A stretch of 64,000 bases of DNA from a virus: IMG/VR virus record IMGVR_UViG_3300017917_000715, positions 7,169 to 71,168 of that record; one strand, 5' to 3'. The translations under genes were made by a program, and so were the position numbers. Shown here piece after piece: positions 29,001 through 38,000 of the stretch. Numbering within the stretch: position 1 is the first letter of the stretch; each line of letters starts with the position of its first letter. The notes under the pieces are model-generated. The model searched no databases and was not told the origin of the DNA. It was given only the letters and a program-made list of their open reading frames with translations.

Positions 29001-32000
29001 TTTTCTAAAACTAATAGCTGACCTTCTAATACTGTTAATTCTGCCTTCTTGGTGTTTAGATTATTTCTTGCAACACCAGTAACATTATAATTAGGATCAT
29101 CTAATCTTACAGGGCTTAAGAATGCTTTAATTGTAATTGTGCTGCCAACTGGCACTGGTTCTTCTAAGAAAACTGTACCGTTACCGTTAATACGGCAATC
29201 AATTGGATCTACTAGATCTCTAGTAAAGATTGCAACAGAAGAATCTTCAACATCACTGAATAAAATTTGATTAATTTTAATGTGTGTTGCATCAATAATT
29301 TGAGTTACAAGAGTATTATAACCTAATTGCTTTTCAACAATAGGAGTAATACTCACTCGGTCTCCAATTTTTAAACCGTCTGTGCTGTCAACTACTAACA
29401 CATCAGTACCAGCTAAATTAGCTGCATCAACTAAATTAACTGATCTTGTAATTGTAACAGTTGGTGGATATAAATCATAAACATTAAAATTATAAATTAG
29501 TGTAAATCCGTCTCCCGAATATGAATCAATGTTTACACCTGACCAATAAACGTTAAGTTCTGTGCCGGCTGCAGGAACATATGGCAATGTAAATGAATGG
29601 GTGTTTGCAGCAACGGTTACAATGTAATCATCAAATTTTTCATCATAACTATCCCACTTATCTGTGTAATAAGGAACACTATCCCAGCCTTGATTAGATT
29701 CAAATCCTAGAGAATTAATTACAACGCCACCATAATCAATACCAGTCATTAACTGAGCTAAGTCTTTTCCTAACTCACCAGCAGATGGAGTATAGTAATG
29801 CTGTATTCTATCCGCTGCATTAAGAGTAGACCAATCTTTAATATAATTAATAGTTATTGTTGATCCTTTTGCAGGTGCTGTTGTAAATGTAATAGCTCCG
29901 CTATATGTTGTGTAACCTCTTGATGTAGATTTAACAATTGATAGCTTATAATTTGCTCTTAAAGTTTCTACACCATTAATTAATACTGACGCTTTATTGA
30001 TGCGTAAGTCAGGTGCCCAAATTAGAGGAAATTGTAATCTAGATCCTGAAACTTCTGTTTCGCCAGAATAAATCTGAGTTGCTGACAAGTCAGTAACAAA
30101 ATATGCTTGTGTTACTCTATCAAATTTAATTTTTACAAGATTAGATCGCACAACACCATTGCCAATAATAGCAAATGCTTTTGCAGGTGTACTATTTTGA
30201 GTGGTTCCTCCTTCAAGAATAACTTTTGGAGCACTTAAATAGTTTGTTCCTTTGTTTAATAAAACAATGCGATTAACTTTTCCGTTTGTAATAAACGCTC
30301 TAGCCTTTGCACCAGATCCTGTATTGCCTACAAATTTAACCACAGGCTCTGAAACATAACCACTTCCTTGATCAGCAATAACTAATTCAGTTATTGAATA
30401 TCCTAAATTATCATACCAGTGCTTCCATGGATATTCAATTACTTTACTGCTATCGGCTTGAATAATTCCGTCAACTGCATTAACTGTAATTGGTAATAAT
30501 TTTCCATTTTCGTATACAGGAGGTAAATCAAAATCAGTAGTCGACAAATAGTTTGTATCTACTTTATCGTATGCACTTACGTATTCTCTAATTTTTGTTC
30601 TGTAAGGTTTAACTTCGTCAATATAATCTTCAAAATTAGATAAATTGTCATTGTTATAAGTAACTTTTTGTTTTAATTCACCAACTTGATGTTGAGCTTT
30701 TACAAAACTAGTTTTAAAAATCCAATCAACATACGTTTGTTCGCTTAAAATGTATCGAACTGAACTAAAGAATAGATCAAGATATGTGCCTCTAAGATTA
30801 TCAATTAGTATATTATTTTTTAAAGTATCTAAAATAATTCTTAATTCAGTAGACGCTGAATCATCAAATATACCGGCGTCGTATAAAGAACCGTCAAACC
30901 CATACTTACTATCACTGAACTCATATAGAGTTGACGAAAATTGTATTGTTCCTTTTTCTCTACCAACAACTCGATAACTTTGTGTCCAGTCTACACTATT
31001 TGAATCTGCATATTTTTCTACTAATACCCATGTACCCAAATTGGTAGTTCTAATTTTTACTAACTGTCCTACAGAAGATTCAATGTTATTAAGTTCTGTA
31101 AATGAGTTTACTGAAAAATCAATAGCTGTAAACTGATTATATCCTGTAGCATACCAATCAGCATATGACCAATAATTTCTAACGTCATATGATCTGCTAT
31201 GAACTCTTGACCATGTTAGCGTAGTTGGTTCATATGAATATATACTCCAGCTATTATTTGCAACAGAATCGCTATGTACTAAAACACTATAGCTTCTTAC
31301 AGATATAGTTGTATTTGAATCATAGCCGTAACCGCCAGATATAATTTCTGCACCAATAATCTGTCCACGGTTGTTTATTTTTGCTCGAATTTTTGCGCCG
31401 GTACCAGAACCAGTAATATCAAAATATGGAGCAATAATGTATCCGCGGCCTTTAGCGTTTACAACCACATCAACAATTCGACCATTTTCTATTATTACTG
31501 AAAGATTTGGTTTTTCATAAGAACCAATATTAATAAATCTTAATTCTGCATCTGTATCGAGAGTTGTATCATACAGTCCAGTAATAGTACTTGGTTCTTT
31601 TTCAAAAGATTCTAATGCGCTAATATTTCTGTTTTCAACAATTAGTTCAGTTGCTAATTTTCTATTAACTTGTTCAATAAATTGTTTTAAAGCTTCAAAA
31701 CGATTTACAAACATTCCTTGTCGAGGTCGGTCCTCTATACCATATTTTAATTTAGGTGGAAGGACTGGATCAGGAACAACTCGTCCAGCAAGATCTTTAC
31801 CGCATAAACTATCAAACCATTTTTCTTCAATTGCTGATGGTAATATTGTTTCTGTATCTTCATTAACAATTCTCCATTGGCTATGAATCTTTTTATCAGT
31901 TTCTTCACTTGTCCAGTATTCAACTGACAAGACAATATCTGTATCATTTAATAAAGGTTTAACGTTTACTAAACTAAAAGAATTACTGCTAGTTAATGCA

Positions 32001-35000
32001 AGATACTTATGGCCGTATCCTCTCGGATTGGCTATTAAGTTTGCAACACTATCCGCTGACATTTTTCTGTTGCCTATTGACGGAACAGTTCTCTTATTCT
32101 TAACCCAGAAATAATACGTATTTTTAAAAGATTTACTAATGTTGTCATATTTTTTAACAACACTATAAACATTGTTATCATACAAACTAGTTCCGCTGAT
32201 GCCTAGTGCTATTCCGGTTTCAGTATCTGCTTGTTCGTTCCACTGAGCAGGTGTAAGTTTTGTTTCAACCCATTCATAAATGTCAACACTTGCCCCTGGA
32301 AATAATGTATTCCATGTGCTGTTTCTATAAATTAAATTATCATCGTAACTATTAAAGAACTTAGCAGTTCTTAAATCCCACCACAACATTCCAACTTGAG
32401 ACGATGTCCATGCCATGCCGTCATCAACGTTAACGCTAGTATCTCCAACAGAATAAGTTGCTGGATCATAAAAAGTTTTATATTTTATTTCTGTATCAGC
32501 AATACCTGGAATTTTTCCTTGTACAGAATCAATAACATCTAGATATGATACTAGTTTATTTGTAGTTTTGTTATATAAGAACGCTCTCTTAATCTTTGTT
32601 AAATCAACTCTATCAATTTCTGCACGGAGTTTTTTCCAACTTAATGTATTAGGTTTCTTACGATATTCGTAAACTTTGCCTGAAATAATACCTTGATCAA
32701 TAGCGTAAGGTGCACCAACTAAAATGTGATTAGAACTTACTGCAAATCCTTCGTTATACCCAACTGTTTTATCATCAGTATTAGATAGGCTTTCACTAAA
32801 AATCCAGCGAGAATTGTACATATCATAGATATCAATTCTTCCAGTATCTTCTTGTAAGTCAGTAACTCTAGTTAGATCATTATCAAATGTTGTTGGTGTA
32901 TTAGGAACTTGTTCTAGATCTATTACTGTTCCAGTGCCTGTACCAACATTGACTGCCGTAAATAACTGTCCTTGGGTATATATTAATCCCGTTGTACCAG
33001 CAACTAAATTCCAATTGGTATTACCTAATTTTCGAATCTTATAAGACATGCCGGTAACGATTGCACTAGCCGGAATAGATGTATATAAATCAAATGTTGA
33101 AATAACTCTACTGTCTGCGCCTTTACTGTAAACAACTAATGTTTGGTAGTCGTTCATAAAACGAATTTTTGAACCAAAGAAACCCGATGGTTCAGGATTA
33201 ATATTTTTTAGTCCAAAGCCAGTAGTTGTATACGTTGTACCATTAAACTTATAAGTGTACACTTGGCCTTGATCTATTAATTTTTCAGTATCTTTATATA
33301 TTGAAGAAATTGCAATGTATGTTCCGCTGTCAGAAACAGTTACACTACTTCCAAATTCTACTTCGTCTCCTACAATAGTTTGTAACCAATTAAATACACC
33401 GCTAGTATTTTTCTTATAAACAAATACTTTACCTACTGATGCTAAGCCGGGTGCCGAAATTAATAATGTTGATCCGTCTTTGCTTATTGCTAATACAGAA
33501 CCAAATCCTTCTGCCTGTACACCGACTGGTAAACTAATAACATTATTGTCATATCTCCACTCGGTTTGTGTAAATTCTAAAATACCAGAAGGTTCAGAAT
33601 CTGGCGGTGTATTAATAATAATTGTAGTATCATCAACTACTTCAGCTACATATTGTTTAGAATTAAATCCTGTACCTCTAATGTACATACCTGCAATAAT
33701 ATTTAAAGTGCTTGAAAGTTTAATTGTTGATCCTAAGCTTCCAATAGGGTTGTACGCAGTTGAGGCTTCTACTCTTGTAGAATATGTTAATCTATAAACA
33801 ACGCCTTTACCGCTATCTGCGCCTGGGGCGCCAACAAATAATGTGTTATCACCAAAAATTACGGTTGATCCAAATTTTTCATTTGCCGATGGTGCTGGGC
33901 TTAATATTGTTGAAACTAAACTAAAGTTATTGCTTGAATCTTTACTATAAAGAGAAACAACACCCATATTTTCAAAACTTGCATTAGTTGCCTGTGTGGC
34001 GTTGTTTGCTGAAATAAATGGAGACTCAATCCAGTAATTTACTTGAGATGTTGGATTTTTATTAGTAGATGCTTGAAGAGCAGTATATGGAGTTAATCCT
34101 ACAACAACTACATCGCCTGTACTATAAGTTGTTGCTGAATCCCAGTTTGCAGAGCCATTAACAAATACACATCTTGAAGATACGTTTGATGCTAATGGTG
34201 TTGCTGTAACAAACCACTGGCTATCCGGAGAAATACTAATTGCTCCTCCTGTTAAGCTAGGCGGTGTTGGATTGTAATCTCCAACATCTTTAGAAATAAA
34301 CGGTACTGTAATTGTTTGGCGAAGTAACCACGGAGCATTAGGACCTGCTTTATCGTAAACAATAGTTTCTCCTAAATCATTAGTGATCATTGCAATATCA
34401 CTAGAATAATTTAATGTTGTTTGTCTACCATATGACGCACCAGCTTGTGGAAATAAATTAGTCAACTCTGTTTTTGTATATGCAGAATTAAACTGCCATG
34501 TAGCCCACTTTCCTGAACCATCGTCGTCTGTCCATAGTAATTCGCCTTCTAACGGTGAAGAATTAAAATTTTGATCAGCAATATCAATTGCCTTAACTAC
34601 ATTTCCATTTTCTACTGTGTTTTTAATACGCTGACTTCTAAATATAGCCACTGTAATTTTATTTCGATATTGGAATGGAACTGTAAATGAAGATAAATTA
34701 GGTGAAGATAATGTTATAGTTTGCAATCCTACAGAAACAACTTTATAAAAGCCATTAATTTCAGTAGCTTGATCAATACCGATGATATCATTAATTTCTA
34801 TTGTGGTATTTTTTGAAAATTTAACAGTTATCTGTGCATCTGGTTTAGAGTATGTAACATCTGTTACCTCAACATTAAGTCTAGTATAACGATAAACATT
34901 CCACTCTCTACCTTCAAATCCAACCCAAACATAATCTCCGTCTACAAAATCTGTTGAGTCTTTTGTTAGCACTTCGTCAAATTCTTTTAAGACAAATTTT

Positions 35001-38000
35001 ACATCATCTGGACGTACATATCCTGGAGTTCTCAAATATTGAGAATGATTATTTGTAGTAGGCCATGGGTTATTATTGTATCCAATAGGTTTTAAATACA
35101 CATCATTTGGAGTTTGGCGAACAATAAAGTCAACTGCGGCTGGATCTACTTGATTAACTAATTCAAATCCTTGAGGATTATTTTTAATTAACGATTCGTC
35201 AATAATAAATTCAATATTTTCAAATGCTTGACTTGCACCATATTGTCCTACACGCAATGCCCACTCTTCGTAGAATGTAATACTTTCCTTTCCGTCGGCG
35301 CTTAATACATCAAACAATTTATTGAGTACATTTTGAGTACCTTTTTCAACAATCATACCTTGATAAAATTTAAATTCACTAACATCATCTTTAATAATAT
35401 TAGATAGGTACTGTCTCTTTTGGTATCCAATGAGATGCTGGGCAACTGTTTGCTGATCAGCATCAAAGTTATCGCTGTCCAAGCTATAAAAATCAGTAAA
35501 TTGACTGGCTTTATAAGTCCAGTTTGGCAATAATTGCGGTGTTGGTTTGTTATCTAATTTAATCCATTGCGTTAAATCAATTGTTTCTGATCCGGCAACT
35601 TTACTAGCGGCGCTTAGATAAAATTGTTTGTGTCTTACAATATCCCCAAGAGAGTAATCTTTCCAAGGTTCCCATTCTAAAACTACTGCTTGATCAAATA
35701 TAAATCCAGGAATGTTAAATGATCCATTCCAGTCGCTACTAATATATCCAGAAACTAAAATACGCTCTTGTCTATATCCGCTTTCTGGATTATAAATTGT
35801 ATCATTAAACATTGTAGTGTTGTTTAAGATAGCAACTTGTTCTTTTTGTACTAGATAGAATGTGGCACCGTATATGCCATCGCCTGTACTAGGAGCATAG
35901 CTTACACTATTATCATCTCTATAATTGTTTAAGAAATTTGGTTGAATTGGTGTTCCGTCAACTTTAAAAATTTCATAACCGTAAAATGGATTACGAATAT
36001 CGTCAACTACAGAAAGAGGAGACGAGAATGTTAACTTTGCCGCGGCTGGGCTTAAACTAATAACAGCACTACCAACTTCACTTAAACCGTCAAGTTTATC
36101 ATAGTCTTCTTCATTAAATGCAATTGATGCATTTAAATTTCTTAATGCTCTATAGTAATCACCTTGATATCTAACAATAGATCCTGCTGCAACATCTTGA
36201 TCTGGTAGCCATTCAGCCCATTTATCTTTGCCTGTACTCCAGTTTTGTGTTGACCAGAACATAAATTCTTTCGCACTAGTTTCCCAGTTACTAATAGTAT
36301 TCAAGTTATTATTGAAGTCATCGAATATAAATCCTTCATCTTTTAACCATTCGCCATAACCAACTAAGAAATCAACAACATCTTGTACTGAAGTAAATTT
36401 AGTACCGTAAGGAATTGTAATAGTTTCTGATTTATCCCAGTCTCTTCTAATATATGCATCTCTGCCGCCTATTACTGGCAAGGCAGGTAAGGGTTGATAA
36501 TAATTTATTTCAAAAGTATCAGTTGTTGTGTGTAAAACTTTAGAACGATAATACTTATTACCATAAGACACAACTTTGCCTGCAGCATATTGATATTGAG
36601 GCGTCCAAATTGAAAAACTTTCAGAAATTCCACCTACATTAATTAAATTACCTAATTTTACATAAGGGTAATATTTAAAAAATGGTTGAGTTTTACTATA
36701 ACCTTTTACAGTATATCCATCGCCTAGGCGAGTAATAATTACACCACTATAAGTTATTTTTTTAATTGGACTAGATGTATTTGTAACAATGTTATAGTCT
36801 TCTTGCGGAACAAACACGCTTCCAGAACTTAATGGTGTTTTGCTGTCTAGTAATAATTTAAATTTTTCTTTGCTAGTAAACGAACCAATTCTATGGCTTA
36901 GATTAGTGCCTAATGTTGATAAGTCAGACACATACTCGCTATATGATTTTAAGTTATCGCTTAAAATATAATCAACGAGATAATTAATAATTCCAGATGT
37001 GTTTACACTACTAGCACTTGAATATATGCTTGGTAATTTTATATCTTTAGGACGAATACGGATGCCAGTATCTTTATATATGAGTTGTCCTGCTAAATTT
37101 CTTACCGTTCTAGATCTGTCTAAAAGTAAACCAATTGATTTAGCTGGATATAATAATAAGGTAGTTATTAACACACTAAATGGATAATAGCTGCTTCTTC
37201 TCCATGCTGATTCAACAGGGCTTACATCACCAAATATATAATCTTCTGCGGTTGAGTTTGTAATCACACCTGTTGCTAGTCCTGACATTATTGGACTCTT
37301 GATATTTCCAAACTCATCTACAGGTATACGGTTTCTTAAGTAAGGTCTAACAAATTCTTTAAGTTGTCTTTGCGGTTTTCCTGGTTCTCTAACCATACCG
37401 TCTGCAATGTCATTCCACAACACTAAGTTATCACTTGTGTAAGGTGCTGGCCCGTATACTTCTTCCCACCACTTAGGCATAATGCTAAATCCTAGCATTT
37501 CCCAAGGACAGATATTTGGACGATCAGTGTCAAGCATCCAACGATGTATACCTTTCCAGTATCCAGGCAAAGGTAGCATGCCGTCTGGTGTTGTTAATCC
37601 TCTATGGTTAAATGTTAGTGGATCTCCTTTATTATAAGAGATAGGTTTTGTAAAATCTCTATCTACTAAAGAAAGCCACTTATAAAAACTTGTTGCCAAT
37701 ACTTCATTAAACTCGTCTAAAGAATAAGGAGTTTTGCGACTATAGGAAGGAATAACACTATGAATGTCAAAAATTTCTGGATTGTATTCAATTTTAATAT
37801 TATTAAAAATACGTTTTTCTAATTCTAAAATTAAATCATCTCTATAATCGCCGTACGCTAATACTTGACTGCCGTCATGACATTGAATCATTTGTCTTGG
37901 AGTCACTAGACTTGTATCAAGATATAGTTTAGGTTCAAACTTTGGCCAAATTCCTAACTTAGTAGGTGTTGGAGGAATATAAGACCCGTTTGTATTTTCA

